Of a stretch of 64,000 nt of DNA, positions 29,064 to 39,657 are shown one piece after another. The DNA is taken from NCBI GenBank assembly GCA_963708295.1, contig CAVPSJ010000011.1:32001-96000 (forward strand), written 5' to 3'. The notes beneath the pieces are model-generated. The model was given only the letters and a program-made list of their open reading frames with translations. It searched no databases and was not told the origin of the DNA. The number at the start of each line of letters is the position of its first letter. The first letter of the stretch is position 1. The translations under genes were made by a program, and so were the position numbers. Source of the DNA: an uncultured delta proteobacterium. Its GTDB lineage: Bacteria; Desulfobacterota; BSN033; UBA1163.

Positions 29064-30305
29064 TTGGGAAGAAGAGTTGTGGTTACCGGAATGGGGTTGG
29101 TGATTCCCGCAGGAATTGGAGTCAAAGCCGTGTGGGAAAATATCTGCGAAGGCAAGTCGGGCATCGGTCCCCTCACACGCTTCGATACGAACGGGTTTGA
29201 GACAAAGATTGCAGCGGAAGTGAAGAACTTCAACCCGGAGCTGTACATCGATAAGAAAGAGATCAAAAAAATGGATCTCTTCATTCAATATGCCATCGGG
29301 GCGGCCAAAGAAGCCCTCGAGGACGCCCAGTTGTCCATTACCCCGGAGAACTCCGAACAGATCGGTGTGATTGTGGGGACAGGCCTGGGGGGGTTGCCCA
29401 GCATTGAAAGATACCACAAAGTCCTTTTAGAGAAGGGACCGAGTCGTATAACCCCATTTTTCATCCCGATGCTTATCGCCAATATGGCATCGGGGCAGAT
29501 TGCGATCCAATTTGGTCCCAAAGGGCCAAATACCTGCGTGGTGACAGCTTGCGCGACAGGAGGACATTGTATCGGAGATGCATTCCGTGCGATTGTTTAC
29601 GGGGACGCGGAAGCGATGATTACAGGCGGGACGGAGGCCAATATCACTCCGCTGACCATCGGCGGATTTAATGCAATGAAGGCCCTTTCGACGAGGAATG
29701 ACCAACCCGAGAAGGCCAGCCGCCCCTTTGAGAAGAATCGGGACGGGTTTGTAGTCGCAGAGGGTTCAGGAATTCTTATTTTGGAGGAACTGCAGTTCGC
29801 ACTAAAACGAAAGGCCAGGATCCATGGGGAATTGATCGGCTATGGTTACACGGGGGATGCTTACCATATCACTGCTCCTTCCCCGGACGGCGACGGTGCC
29901 GTACGATGCATGAGGATGGCCATGAAAGACGCTCGACTAAAACCGGAGGATGTGGATTACATCAATGCTCATGGAACCTCTACCTCCCTCAATGATCTGA
30001 CTGAAACCATCGCTATTAAGCGGGTATTTGGCGATCATGCCAAGAGGGTGCCGATCAGTGCGACCAAATCGATGACCGGCCATCTCTTGGGGGCAGCCGG
30101 GAGCACCGAAGCCATTTTCACCGTTTTATCCCTTCGGGATGGGATCATGCCTCCTACCATCAACTATGAGGAAGCCGACCCACAATGTGATCTAGACTAT
30201 GTTCCCAACGAGGCCAGGCGGAAGCCTTTGAAGATCGCTATGTCCAACGCCTTCGGATTTGGCGGAACGAATGCGACGCTCGTGTTCAAAAAGTTTGAAG
30301 GATAA
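29064..30305 (+). CDS. fabF: Beta-ketoacyl-ACP synthase II
   Basis: RRVVVTGMG, TACATG, NAHGTST, KSMTGHLLGAAG, FGFGGTN. Confidence 0.97.
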   Translation: MGRRVVVTGMGLVIPAGIGVKAVWENICEGKSGIGPLTRFDTNGFETKIAAEVKNFNPELYIDKKEIKKMDLFIQYAIGAAKEALEDAQLSITPENSEQIGVIVGTGLGGLPSIERYHKVLLEKGPSRITPFFIPMLIANMASGQIAIQFGPKGPNTCVVTACATGGHCIGDAFRAIVYGDAEAMITGGTEANITPLTIGGFNAMKALSTRNDQPEKASRPFEKNRDGFVVAEGSGILILEELQFALKRKARIHGELIGYGYTGDAYHITAPSPDGDGAVRCMRMAMKDARLKPEDVDYINAHGTSTSLNDLTETIAIKRVFGDHAKRVPISATKSMTGHLLGAAGSTEAIFTVLSLRDGIMPPTINYEEADPQCDLDYVPNEARRKPLKIAMSNAFGFGGTNATLVFKKFEG

Positions 30306-30309
30306 CAGG

Positions 30310-30762
30310 ATGCAGATTGGGGTGGCCTGTGACCATGGAGGCTTTGAGCTCAAGGAGGAGTTGAAACCCTTCCTGAAATCTATCGGCGTCGAACCGATTG
30401 ACATGGGTACCTTCAGTGAAGAATCCGTGGATTATCCGGATTTCGGCGTCCTGGTGGCGGAAAGAGTTTCACGAGGAGAGTTGGAAAAGGGGATCCTGAT
30501 CTGTGGTACCGGCATCGGGATGTCGATGGTGGCAAACAAGTTCCCGAGAATTAGAGCGGCCCTGGCCAACGATCTTTTCTCTTCCCGTTGCAGTCGAGAG
30601 CATAATGATGCCAATATCTTGATTATCGGGGGCCGAATCGTAGGGAAGGAGCTCGCAAAAGAAATCGTAAGAGTTTGGCTGGAGACCCCTTTTGCCGAAG
30701 GAAGACACAAAAGGCGACTGGAAAAAATCGAGACCCTTGAAAGGGAAAAATTCAAGGGATGA
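30310..30762 (+). CDS. rpiB: Ribose 5-phosphate isomerase B
   Basis: CDHGGFELK, SVDYPD, ICGTGIGMS, HNDANI, GRHKRR. Confidence 0.96.
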   Translation: MQIGVACDHGGFELKEELKPFLKSIGVEPIDMGTFSEESVDYPDFGVLVAERVSRGELEKGILICGTGIGMSMVANKFPRIRAALANDLFSSRCSREHNDANILIIGGRIVGKELAKEIVRVWLETPFAEGRHKRRLEKIETLEREKFKG

Positions 30763-30817
30763 CATTCAGCGATTTTGGCTCCTGGCATAAACTGGCAAGA
30801 TGTATGATGTGGTTTGT

Positions 30818-30962
30818 AAAATTCGAAATTCGAATATCGAAACCCGAAACAAATCCTAAACCAAATGACCAGATTTCCCAACCTTTTCTCCCTCCGGTTT
30901 TGAGTTTCATGCTTCGGTTATTTGAATTTGTTTCGAATTTCGAATTTCGTGCTTCGTATTTC
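30818..30962. repeat. Palindromic heptamer-repeat element
   Basis: Shares aaattcgaaattcgaatatcgaaa exactly with the 28.6 kb copy; right arm tttgaatttgtttcgaatttcgaatttcgtgcttcg. Confidence 0.75.
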
Positions 30963-31005
30963 AGGATGCGTGAGAACTTTTTAAGCATCCGTTGATGGCT
31001 CACCC

Positions 31006-31506
31006 TTGAAAGAGAAAGAGAAAAAAAACCTTTCCTCCTATCGCCCCTCTTGGGAAGAGTATTTCATGGACATCACTCATCTCGTTGCTAAACGGTCGAC
31101 CTGTTTGCGAAGGCAGGTTGGAGCTGTCCTCGTCAAAGACAAGAAAATCCTGGCGACGGGTTATAACGGGGCCCCTTCCAGGTTGGAGCATTGTTTGGAC
31201 ACGGGCTGCCTTCGAGAGAAACAGGGGGTCCCTTCTGGAGAAAGACACGAACTCTGCCGTGGCCTTCATGCTGAGCAGAATGCCATTATTCAAGCCGCTT
31301 ACCACGGAGTGGAAATCCGTGAGGCCACCCTTTTTTGTACAAACCACCCATGTATTATTTGCTCAAAAATGATCATCAATGCAGGGATTGAGAAAGTCGT
31401 CTTTGCAGCTGGCTACGCCGATGCCTTGGCAAAAAAAATGTTGAAAGAGTCAGGGATAAAAATTGAAAATTTTGGTAGAAAATGGAGGAGGGAGGGTAGA
31501 AGGTAG
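31006..31506 (+). CDS. dCMP deaminase family protein (ComEB-like)
   Basis: [36 protein letters not shown]. Confidence 0.92.
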   Translation: MKEKEKKNLSSYRPSWEEYFMDITHLVAKRSTCLRRQVGAVLVKDKKILATGYNGAPSRLEHCLDTGCLREKQGVPSGERHELCRGLHAEQNAIIQAAYHGVEIREATLFCTNHPCIICSKMIINAGIEKVVFAAGYADALAKKMLKESGIKIENFGRKWRREGRR

Positions 31507-31559
31507 AGCGTGGAACCAAAGCGCCACGTTCCACATTCCACCTACCGCATTCGAACTCA

Positions 31560-32033
31560 ATGAAATGTCCCTTTTGTAGCCATCCTGAGAGTAAAGTCGT
31601 CGATTCCCGCCTGGGAAAGGATAAAGACACCATTCGGCGTAGAAGGGAATGTTTTGGTTGCCATAAACGATTTACTACGAGCGAAAGGGCAGAGGACGCC
31701 CTCCCGTTGGTCGTCAAGAAGGATGCCCGAAGAGAGCCGTTCAACCGCCTCAAAATCTTCAATGGCTTGAAAAGGGCCTGTGAGAAGAGGCCGATCAGCA
31801 TCAACATGATTGAAAAGATTGTTAACCGCATCGAGCTCCATTTTCAGGAAAGAGGAGAAAGGGAAGTAAAGAGCTCTGAGATCGGGGAGCGTGTGATGGA
31901 GGAACTCCACCGTTTGGACGGAGTGGCTTATGTCCGCTTTGCTTCTGTCTATCGGCAGTTTAAAGATATTCAGGAATTCATGGACGAACTCAAAGATCTC
32001 CTCGGGAACAGGGAAGAAGCCAAGAAGAAGTAA
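31560..32033 (+). CDS. nrdR: Transcriptional repressor NrdR
   Basis: [35 protein letters not shown]. Confidence 0.97.
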   Translation: MKCPFCSHPESKVVDSRLGKDKDTIRRRRECFGCHKRFTTSERAEDALPLVVKKDARREPFNRLKIFNGLKRACEKRPISINMIEKIVNRIELHFQERGEREVKSSEIGERVMEELHRLDGVAYVRFASVYRQFKDIQEFMDELKDLLGNREEAKKK

Positions 32034-32046
32034 TCTGGGTATGCGA

Positions 32047-32351
32047 AGCCCAAATTCCTTCCCACCGCAGACAAACACCACCAAGGGTTTGAAGTCCAAA
32101 TGTCAAAAACTCCCGCTAACCCGGGACCAAATGGATGTCAAAGTCCTAAATCCAAACCGTTTTTGATCGGAACGTGCCTCGTCCCGCCAAAGCGGGATAG
32201 GTGGGGCCAAGGGGCACCCTATGAACGAAATTTACTTTGCTCGCATCCGGCTCGTCATTGCGTGCCCGGGAAGCTCTGCCCTATGGGCGGGGAGCTTCAC
32301 ATTTCAGCCTTGGATTTAATTTGACATTAGAGCTTCGGCATTCGACATTTA
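32047..32351. repeat. Palindromic caaatgtcaaa/tttgacatt repeat element with a nested IS200/IS605-end-like hairpin
   Basis: Left tccaaatgtcaaa..atgtcaaagtcctaaatccaaa; right ttggatttaatttgacattagagcttcggcattcgacatt; insert at 32172-32300. Confidence 0.6.
32172..32300 (+). repeat. IS200/IS605-end-like hairpin repeat, copy 2
   Basis: gcctcgtcccgccaaagcgggatagg ... gaagctctgccctatgggcggggagcttcac. Confidence 0.6.
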
Positions 32352-32380
32352 GGTAATCGCTCTTCTTTAAAACTTGCCTT

Positions 32381-33496
32381 ATGAACGATGAACAGTGGAT
32401 GAAGCGAGCTCTCCGGCTTGCTGAGGCGGGGAGAGGGAAGACTTCTCCTAATCCTATGGTAGGAGCGGTTCTGGTCAAAAGAGGCAAACCGGTCGGAGAA
32501 GGGTACCATGCAAGGGCAGGAGAGGCTCATGCAGAGATTGTTGCGCTTCGGCAGGCAGGGAAGAAAGCCCGTGGAGCAGTGCTTTACGTTAACCTTGAAC
32601 CCTGCACGCATTACGGCAGGACTCCTCCCTGTGTTCCCGAGGTCATTAAAGCGGGCGTGAAGGGAGTCGTCATCGGCATGGAGGATCCTAACCCGGTCGT
32701 CAATGGGAAAGGGATTGAAGCCCTAAGGAAATTCGGTCTTGAGGTTGATGTTGGGGTTTTGGAAAAGGAGTGCCGCAGGCTCAATGAGGCCTTTTGTAAA
32801 TATATCCTGCAAAGAGAACCTTTTGTTATACTGAAGGTCGCTGCGACTCTGGACGGTAAGATAGCCACACGAGATGGCGATTCCAAATGGATTTCAGGGG
32901 AAACCTCACGACGTTTTGTACATAAGATGAGAGGCCAGGTCGATGGAGTACTCGTTGGCATCGGAACGATATTACAGGATGACCCGTTGCTTACGGCCCG
33001 GAGGAAGCTAGGAAGGGAGCCTTATCGAATTGTTCTGGACAGCCGATTGAAGATTCCGGAGAAAGCTAGGGTGTTTGAACATTCTCCCTCGGAAGTTATC
33101 CTTGCGACCACCCAAACAGCTTCCCGTGAAAAAATCGAGAGACTGGAGAAGAGAGGGGTTCGGGTGCTCATCCTCGATTCCAAAGAGGGGCGAGTGGATT
33201 TACGGTCATGTCTCACCAAGCTGGGGGAAATCGGGGTGATGAACCTTTTGGTGGAAGGAGGGAGCCAAATCAATGGCTCGTTTCTCGACGAAGGTTTAAT
33301 CGACAAATTCCTCCTCTTTCTCTCTCCGAGATTGATGGGTGATCCACAGGCTATTGGGATCTTTAGTGGGAGAGGGGTATCCAACCTCAAGGAGGCAGTT
33401 GCCGTAAAAGAAATCAACATCAAGAGAACAGGGGAGGATATATTTGTAGAAGGCTATTTGGAGTGGGGAGCGAGGTCATGTTTACCGGAATCATAG
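32381..33496 (+). CDS. ribD: Riboflavin biosynthesis deaminase/reductase
   Basis: TSPNPMVGA, HAE, LEPCTHYGRTPPC, TLDGKIA, VEGG. Confidence 0.97.
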   Translation: MNDEQWMKRALRLAEAGRGKTSPNPMVGAVLVKRGKPVGEGYHARAGEAHAEIVALRQAGKKARGAVLYVNLEPCTHYGRTPPCVPEVIKAGVKGVVIGMEDPNPVVNGKGIEALRKFGLEVDVGVLEKECRRLNEAFCKYILQREPFVILKVAATLDGKIATRDGDSKWISGETSRRFVHKMRGQVDGVLVGIGTILQDDPLLTARRKLGREPYRIVLDSRLKIPEKARVFEHSPSEVILATTQTASREKIERLEKRGVRVLILDSKEGRVDLRSCLTKLGEIGVMNLLVEGGSQINGSFLDEGLIDKFLLFLSPRLMGDPQAIGIFSGRGVSNLKEAVAVKEINIKRTGEDIFVEGYLEWGARSCLPES

Positions 33497-34131
33497 AAGA
33501 TACAGGGAGAGTTTCGAGGATAGAGCACAGAGGACAAGGAATGAGGTTAATCCTTGAATTGCCACCTCATTTGACAGAAGTGCAACTTGGTGATAGTATT
33601 AATGTAAATGGTGTTTGTCTCACAGTTGTCCGGGAAAAAGGACAAGAAATTGAACTTGATCTGTCTCTGGAGACTCTTCAAAAAACTGCGTTGAGGGAAC
33701 TGAAGGAACGAGACCAGGTTAATTTGGAAAGAGCCTTAAGGTTGACGGATCGACTGGGGGGACATATCGTTACGGGCCATGTGGATGGAATCGGGGATAT
33801 TGTAGAGAGGAATGAGGAAAGAGATTTTCTTCGGTTGACCATAAGAATTCCCGAATCCGTGTCAAGATATGTTGTGCAAAAAGGATCCATCACTATCGAT
33901 GGAATCAGCCTAACGGTAAATGAATATCGGGGAGGGGAAATCGAGGTAACCCTGATTCCTTATACGATCGAAAAGACCACTCTCAGGCAAAAAAGGGCCG
34001 GAGACCGGGTCAATTTGGAAGGCGATATTTTGGGGAAATATGTAGAAAAATTCATGGACCGTGGAGATCGAAGACCCGAACAAGTCGACCTGACTTTTCT
34101 AAAGGAACACGGTTTCATCAAGAGGGATTGA
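33478..34131 (+). CDS. ribE: Riboflavin synthase
   Basis: MFTGIIE, GVCLTV, VNLERA, GGHIVTGHVD, IDGISLTV. Confidence 0.96.
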   Translation: MFTGIIEDTGRVSRIEHRGQGMRLILELPPHLTEVQLGDSINVNGVCLTVVREKGQEIELDLSLETLQKTALRELKERDQVNLERALRLTDRLGGHIVTGHVDGIGDIVERNEERDFLRLTIRIPESVSRYVVQKGSITIDGISLTVNEYRGGEIEVTLIPYTIEKTTLRQKRAGDRVNLEGDILGKYVEKFMDRGDRRPEQVDLTFLKEHGFIKRD

Positions 34132-34140
34132 GAGGTTCAA

Positions 34141-35352
34141 ATGATTCATAGAATCGAAGCAGCTCTGGAAGACATCCGGCAAGGGAAAATGGTCATCCTG
34201 GTTGATGACGAAGATCGAGAAAATGAAGGCGATCTTACCATGGCCGCCGAGAAGGTGACGCCCGAAGCCATCAATTTTATGGCAAAATACGGACGCGGAC
34301 TTATTTGTCTTTCATTGACGGACGAGAGACTCGACCAGCTCCGCCTCCCCATGATGGTCTCTGAGAATACGTCACGATTTCAGACCGCTTTCACCGTTTC
34401 CATCGATGCCCGAAAGGGGGTGAGCACTGGTATTTCAGCCATTGACCGGGCAACCACAATTTTGACTGCCGTGAATGAAAACAGCCAACCCGAAGACTTG
34501 GTCTCTCCCGGACATATATTTCCGCTAAGAGCGAAGCCGGGGGGAGTGTTGGTCCGAACGGGTCAGACAGAAGGATCGGTCGATCTGGCTAGGTTAGCGG
34601 GGCTGAGGCCGGCCGGAGTAATCTGCGAAATCATGAAGGATGATGGGACGATGGCAAGGATGCCTGATCTCCAGATCTTTGCAGAGGAATTTGGGCTAAA
34701 GATTGTGACCATTGCCGATTTGATCAAGTATCGCCTCAATAAAGAGTCCTTAGTCCGAAGGATTGCGACGGCTACCCTTCCGACGAAATACGGCGGTGTA
34801 TTTACGGCCATCGCTTATGAGAATGATGTGGATCCTTATCACCATATCGCCCTGGTTAAAGGAGAGATCGGGCCAGAAGACACCGTCTTGGTAAGGGTTC
34901 ATTCTCAATGTTTGACCGGCGATGTATTTGGATCGAGGCGATGCGACTGTCAGGAACAGCTTCATACAGCGATGGCGATGGCAGAAAAGGAAGGAAAGGG
35001 TGTCATCGTCTATATGAGGCAGGAAGGAAGGGGAATCGGATTGGTCAATAAACTGAGAGCCTATTGTCTTCAAGATGCGGGGAAGGATACTGTGGAGGCG
35101 AATGAGGCATTGGGGTTTAAAGCCGACATGAGGGATTATGGAATCGGGGCCCAGATTCTGGCGGATCTTGGTCTTCATAGAATTCGCCTGATGACCAACA
35201 ATCCTCGAAAGATCATCGGTCTGGAGGGATATGGAATTAAGGTGGTCGAGAGGGTTTCTATCGAGACAAAGCCCCTTCAAGAGAATATTGAATATCTCAA
35301 GGCCAAGGTAAAAAAGATGGGGCACCTGCTCTCCATCAAATCGGGAGAATAA
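34141..35352 (+). CDS. ribBA: Bifunctional DHBP synthase / GTP cyclohydrolase II
   Basis: [38 protein letters not shown]. Confidence 0.97.
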   Translation: MIHRIEAALEDIRQGKMVILVDDEDRENEGDLTMAAEKVTPEAINFMAKYGRGLICLSLTDERLDQLRLPMMVSENTSRFQTAFTVSIDARKGVSTGISAIDRATTILTAVNENSQPEDLVSPGHIFPLRAKPGGVLVRTGQTEGSVDLARLAGLRPAGVICEIMKDDGTMARMPDLQIFAEEFGLKIVTIADLIKYRLNKESLVRRIATATLPTKYGGVFTAIAYENDVDPYHHIALVKGEIGPEDTVLVRVHSQCLTGDVFGSRRCDCQEQLHTAMAMAEKEGKGVIVYMRQEGRGIGLVNKLRAYCLQDAGKDTVEANEALGFKADMRDYGIGAQILADLGLHRIRLMTNNPRKIIGLEGYGIKVVERVSIETKPLQENIEYLKAKVKKMGHLLSIKSGE

Positions 35353-35436
35353 TAGGATCGTGTTAGTAAATCGCCCCGATAAATCGTGAGTCATAAGACA
35401 TGAACCCCGGGACACGAGCAAGGAAAGGAGAATAAG

Positions 35437-35916
35437 ATGGTGAAGACCTTCGAAGGCAAACTGATGGCCAAGGGACTCAAGTTCGGCATTGTGTTGAGCC
35501 GGTTCAATGACTTTATCGGCGAGCGACTTCTGGAAGGGGCGATGGATGCGCTTCGGCGAAGTGGCGTGGAGGAGGAGGATTGTGCGGTGGCCCGGGTTCC
35601 AGGGGCCTTTGAAATCCCTCTTGCTACCAAAAAGATGGCTAAGAGCGGCCGATACGACGCCGTCATTTGCTTAGGCGCTGTGATTCGGGGAGCCACTCCT
35701 CATTTTGTCTATGTTGCGAATGAAGTCACCAAGGGAATTGCCAGCCTCACCTTGGAAAGTGAGATTCCCATTTCCTTTGGGGTACTGATTACCGATACGA
35801 TCGAACAGGCGATTGAAAGGGCCGGGACGAAAGTTGGGAATAAAGGTTTTGACGCGGCGATGTCAGCCATTGAAATGGCCAATCTCATGAAAGAGATAGG
35901 AAAGGGCAAAGGATAA
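35437..35916 (+). CDS. ribH: 6,7-dimethyl-8-ribityllumazine synthase
   Basis: [31 protein letters not shown]. Confidence 0.97.
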   Translation: MVKTFEGKLMAKGLKFGIVLSRFNDFIGERLLEGAMDALRRSGVEEEDCAVARVPGAFEIPLATKKMAKSGRYDAVICLGAVIRGATPHFVYVANEVTKGIASLTLESEIPISFGVLITDTIEQAIERAGTKVGNKGFDAAMSAIEMANLMKEIGKGKG

Positions 35917-35917
35917 T

Positions 35918-36358
35918 TTGGGGAGGAGAAGAAAATCGAGGGAGTCTGCCCTCCAAGTTCTTTATCAATTGAATATTACAAAGCAAGATGCCACGACTGC
36001 CCTCACACGATTCCAGGAGAATTTTTTATCTCAGGGAGAACCTGATGATTTCTTAAAGCGTCTCGTTCTGGGCGTTTTAGAACACTTTCCACAATTGGAC
36101 CGGATGATCGAACAATACTCGGAAAACTGGCGTTTAGATCGTATCAACCTGATCGACCGGAATATCCTCCGCATCGCTCTCTTTGAACTTCTCTACTGTG
36201 AAGAGATTCCTCCGAAAGTGACTATCAACGAAGCAATCGACCTCGGAAAGCGATTCGGATCAGAGGACTCTGGAAGTTTCATCAATGGGATTTTGGACCG
36301 AATCCAGAATGAAGCCGTCAAGAAGCCCATCCAACCAAAGTACTCCGGAGGAGGATAG
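35918..36358 (+). CDS. nusB: Transcription antitermination factor NusB
   Basis: RRKSRESALQVLY, WRLDRI..IDRNILR, INEAI, FINGILD. Confidence 0.96.
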   Translation: MGRRRKSRESALQVLYQLNITKQDATTALTRFQENFLSQGEPDDFLKRLVLGVLEHFPQLDRMIEQYSENWRLDRINLIDRNILRIALFELLYCEEIPPKVTINEAIDLGKRFGSEDSGSFINGILDRIQNEAVKKPIQPKYSGGG

Positions 36359-36362
36359 GGGG

Positions 36363-36535
36363 CAACGACCCAGTTTCAAGAACCGATGACCGAATAATGG
36401 CCAAAATCACAATGACCAAGATTAGGTCCGCTTACGTCTTCTCTCGCTCCCAGGGATAGGGTAGACGGGGGTGGTTATTGGGCGTTCGGCACTTGGAGTT
36501 TATTCGGGATTCAGAATATTGAATGTTGGAATTTA
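36363..36535. repeat. Degenerate palindromic repeat element (aatgaccaa type)
   Basis: gatgaccgaat/caatgaccaa left arm; ttggagtttattcgggattcagaatattgaatgttggaattt right arm. Confidence 0.4.
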
Positions 36536-36540
36536 TTAAA

Positions 36541-37149
36541 ATGGATATCATTCTTTCCAAAGAGCGGGTTGATGCTCAAGAATGCGATCTCCTTGTGGTG
36601 GGCTTTTTTAGGGACGAGAGGCCTCTTAAGGGATCCAGTGGTTGGATCGATTGGAGGTTTAATGGAATGTTGTCTCAACTCTTGGTTGAGAATAAGTTGA
36701 CCGGTGACTGGAAGGAAGCGACCCTCATCCCTTCACAAGAGAGAATCCTTCCCAGAATGATTCTTCTTCTCGGCTTAGGTGAAGTAAAAACATACGGGGC
36801 CCTTCGTCTGCGTCAACTCTTTCCCTATCTCCTTGACACTCTCAGGAAACTGCGTTGGCCAAATATCTGCCTTTCATTTCCTTACGGAGAGAGTTACCAA
36901 GTGGATAGTAGAAAAATCGCGGAGAGTCTCATCGAGGGGATGGCAAACGATCTAGGCCGTCAAGAAAGCCATCTGGAAGAGGAATGGGCCAGGAGACTCC
37001 GACTTTTTTTTGCTGAAGGAGAAGAGGTTTTTCCGGAAATCCTATCAGGAGTTCAAACTGCCAAGTCCATCTTCGGAGACCGGATTCAAATAAGGATTTC
37101 CGCCCCCTCAGACGGTAATTTCCCTCATAATACTGAGAGCAGAACCTAG
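36541..37149 (+). CDS. Stand-alone peptidase M17 N-terminal domain-like protein
   Basis: DERPLKGSSGWIDWRFNGMLS...ILLLGLG resembles the leucyl aminopeptidase N-terminal domain; no catalytic domain. Confidence 0.7.
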   Translation: MDIILSKERVDAQECDLLVVGFFRDERPLKGSSGWIDWRFNGMLSQLLVENKLTGDWKEATLIPSQERILPRMILLLGLGEVKTYGALRLRQLFPYLLDTLRKLRWPNICLSFPYGESYQVDSRKIAESLIEGMANDLGRQESHLEEEWARRLRLFFAEGEEVFPEILSGVQTAKSIFGDRIQIRISAPSDGNFPHNTESRT

Positions 37150-37666
37150 CGCCCTCTTTCCGTTTTCACTCTTCGTAACCGCGTAGCCATCGCGACTGAG
37201 CAAAGCGTTGTACCGGGGGCACAACGCACAGTTTTTTGTACAGGAGGTGAATGTTTTTGACAGGGGGTCTGGGATAAGCTAAGAAAAATGATACCAAAAC
37301 CATTCCTCTCACGTCGATTCTCCCTGGGATCACGTCAAATTCTATGATCCACATCGCTAAGGCAAAAAAAGGAGGAACGATTTATCCGTGATGAACCCTA
37401 GGGCGCCCGAGAAGCCTTTTTTAGACGGAAAGCCGAAGAGCTAAGCACCCTTCGCGAAACGAGCGATTCGCATCATTGTTGATACGAGACGGAGTTCGTG
37501 ACAAAAGCACCTCAGGCGGCTTTTTTTCGATACCGTGAAAAGCCAAAACTCAGAATAGACGGGTGGCTGGAGGATCTCTGAGAAACAACTTTCGGAATCC
37601 GGGATGCGGATTTTCAATTTTACAGGGTTTGTTCCGCATTTCTTCAATTTTCGATTCGTGACCAAG

Positions 37667-38170
37667 ATGCACATCATCATTGATGGCTACAATTTGCTTC
37701 ATGCGGACCGTTCGCTGACCAACGTCAATTCTATTGACCTTCAACGGGAACGAGAGCGTCTTATTGACCGACTTTCCACTTATCAAAAAATGAGGGCCTG
37801 CGGTTTGACGGTCGTTTTCGATGGGTGGCAGGAGGGCTGGGGCACGGAAACCAGGGAAAGGAAAAAGGGGATTGAAGTCGTCTTCTCCAAGTTAGGTGAA
37901 AAGGCGGATGAAGTCATTAAACGACTCGCCAAAGAAAGGGGCTCCGGCACTGTCGTGATCACTTCAGATCGAGAGGTCGCAAGGTTTGTCCAGAGGATGG
38001 ATGTTGCCGTTATTCCCTCTGAGCAATTTCGAGAGAGGCTGGAGAAAACATCTTCTCGCTCGATTGAAGAGAGCCTTGAAGAAGAAGAGAGTGGAACAAA
38101 GAAAAAGGGGCCAGCAAGAAGACTTTCAAAGAAAGAGAAAAGGGCCAGAGCAGCCTCGAAAAAGCTTTAG
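37667..38170 (+). CDS. NYN domain protein (YacP/Rae1-like RNase)
   Basis: IIIDGYNL, VVFDG, EKADEVI, VITSDRE, basic tail. Confidence 0.9.
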   Translation: MHIIIDGYNLLHADRSLTNVNSIDLQRERERLIDRLSTYQKMRACGLTVVFDGWQEGWGTETRERKKGIEVVFSKLGEKADEVIKRLAKERGSGTVVITSDREVARFVQRMDVAVIPSEQFRERLEKTSSRSIEESLEEEESGTKKKGPARRLSKKEKRARAASKKL

Positions 38171-38202
38171 TCCACCTGTGCTCAAGAAGCTAATTTTATC
38201 GT

Positions 38203-38838
38203 TCACTCTGGAATCCGAAACTCATTTGGCTTTCCCCATTTACTCTCTGTTCCCTGCAGAAGTCTGGAGATATTGGATTGGTGCCGGTAGAGGATGACGG
38301 CGGCAATAATCACGCTCGCGATGAAATAGGCCTGAGATTCGTCTCTAAAAAAGGCGATCAAAATGGGGATTGTTATTGCACAAGCGACGGATGCGAGTGA
38401 AATGTACCGCCATTTCCATACGATCGCCGCAAAGACCAACAATTCGACGAGGACGGGGATCGTCGATATCGGAAGGTAAAAACCCAAGGAAGTGGCAACC
38501 CCCTTTCCGCCTTTAAACCCGAGAAAAATTGAGAAGACGTGGCCGAGAAACGAACTCAACCCTGCAAAGGCTATCCAGACGTGTCGCGAAAGGCCCCATT
38601 CATCCGCAGGAACCAGATACATTGCGAGTATGGTGGGGATCGCCCCCTTTAACATATCTCCGACCAAGGTCAATATGCCCAATGTCTTTCCTGCCGTCCG
38701 AAAGATATTGGTTGCGCCGATATTTTTGCTTCCCGTTTTTCTTGGGTCGACTCTGGAAAAGAGTTTAGCAAGAATCACTCCGGTCGGGATCGAACCCAAA
38801 AGATAACCAAAGAGGGCAATAAAAATTCCGATGGGCAT
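38203..38838 (-). CDS. plsY: Glycerol-3-phosphate acyltransferase PlsY
   Basis: YLLGSIP, GSKNIGATN, FKGGKGVAT, RHQSNISRL..GTE. Confidence 0.96.
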   Translation of the reverse strand: MPIGIFIALFGYLLGSIPTGVILAKLFSRVDPRKTGSKNIGATNIFRTAGKTLGILTLVGDMLKGAIPTILAMYLVPADEWGLSRHVWIAFAGLSSFLGHVFSIFLGFKGGKGVATSLGFYLPISTIPVLVELLVFAAIVWKWRYISLASVACAITIPILIAFFRDESQAYFIASVIIAAVILYRHQSNISRLLQGTESKWGKPNEFRIPE

Positions 38839-38847
38839 GGAAAAACC

Positions 38848-39033
38848 TCACGTCAATAAGACTGCTCTTCTTCTCCAGTTTACCAGGAAAATTCCCGCGG
38901 AAACCAGAAACGCAAAGACCGGTGATACGCCTTGATACGAAATCTTGATGGCAGGATGCTTAAAACCCCAAAGCGAAGTCACGATGATCAGGATAACAAC
39001 GGCTTTAATGTCTAAATAATCCTTGGTGTCCAT
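38848..39033 (-). pseudogene. Internally deleted EamA/DMT transporter remnant
   Basis: The N-terminus LWG..PAIK....VSPVF (EamA TM1) joins directly to the C-terminal LVSAGIFLVNW (last EamA TM) in only 61 aa. Confidence 0.6.
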
Positions 39034-39235
39034 TCCTGATGCTTTTTACCCTAAAATGATCGTTTTTGCAATATCTTTCGACTCTCCTATTTGACCTCAA
39101 GACGATCGTCCTTCGAAAGTTCGCCTTTTGTCCGAGAAATCGCCACGGGAAGGAACATCGGCTTCTGAAGGGAAGGAAGAGGTGTCCTACAGAATAAGGC
39201 AAAGGATAAAGAATCGTGTGACTTATTGAAATCAT

Positions 39236-39312
39236 TGGTCGGGGAGAGGAGATTTGAACTCCCGACTTCTTGGTCCCGAACCAAGCGCGCTACCAGGCTG
39301 CGCTACTCCCCG
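39236..39312 (-). tRNA. tRNA-Pro (CGG)
   Basis: CGGGGAGTAGCGCAGCCTGGTAGCGCG-CTTGG-TTCGGGA-CCAAG...CTCCCCGACCA. Confidence 0.97.
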
Positions 39313-39657
39313 AATCTCTTCAAAAATCATCTGCCGCCGGGCCGGCCTACCGCGGACATTCATCATCCGCGAATCATGCCGTTGAAGTATCAAACGGCAA
39401 AACCTACCCCTACTAAAATACAAGATTCTTGTGAAATTGTCCAGCCTTTTTGCCTCGCTACGGGAATCTTGTCTTAGTGGATGGATCATGTTAAAATTAA
39501 TTTGTCGTTTTTTTGATCAGAAAAAAAACATTTTTTTAACGCGATCATCCTGGAAATGCTTTCGAGGTGAAATTTCATGGGTGAGAGGGAAGCCTTCCGG
39601 TAAGAGTGAACTCCGGAGTTCGTCAATGAGAGAGTCTTATTGAGAAATGGGAAAGGA

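Noticed and set aside
30781-30797. Possible sigma54 promoter CTGGCATAAACTGGCA
   Set aside because: GG-to-GC spacing is 9 nt, not the required 10.
28639-30962. Heptamer repeat arrays as a CRISPR array
   Set aside because: They are tandem 7-mers in inverted arms with no unique spacers of regular length.
37150-37600. Possible 6S RNA or riboswitch in the long spacer before the NYN gene
   Set aside because: A short CCGAGAAGCCTT resemblance only; I could not build the long 6S rod or any riboswitch core by eye.
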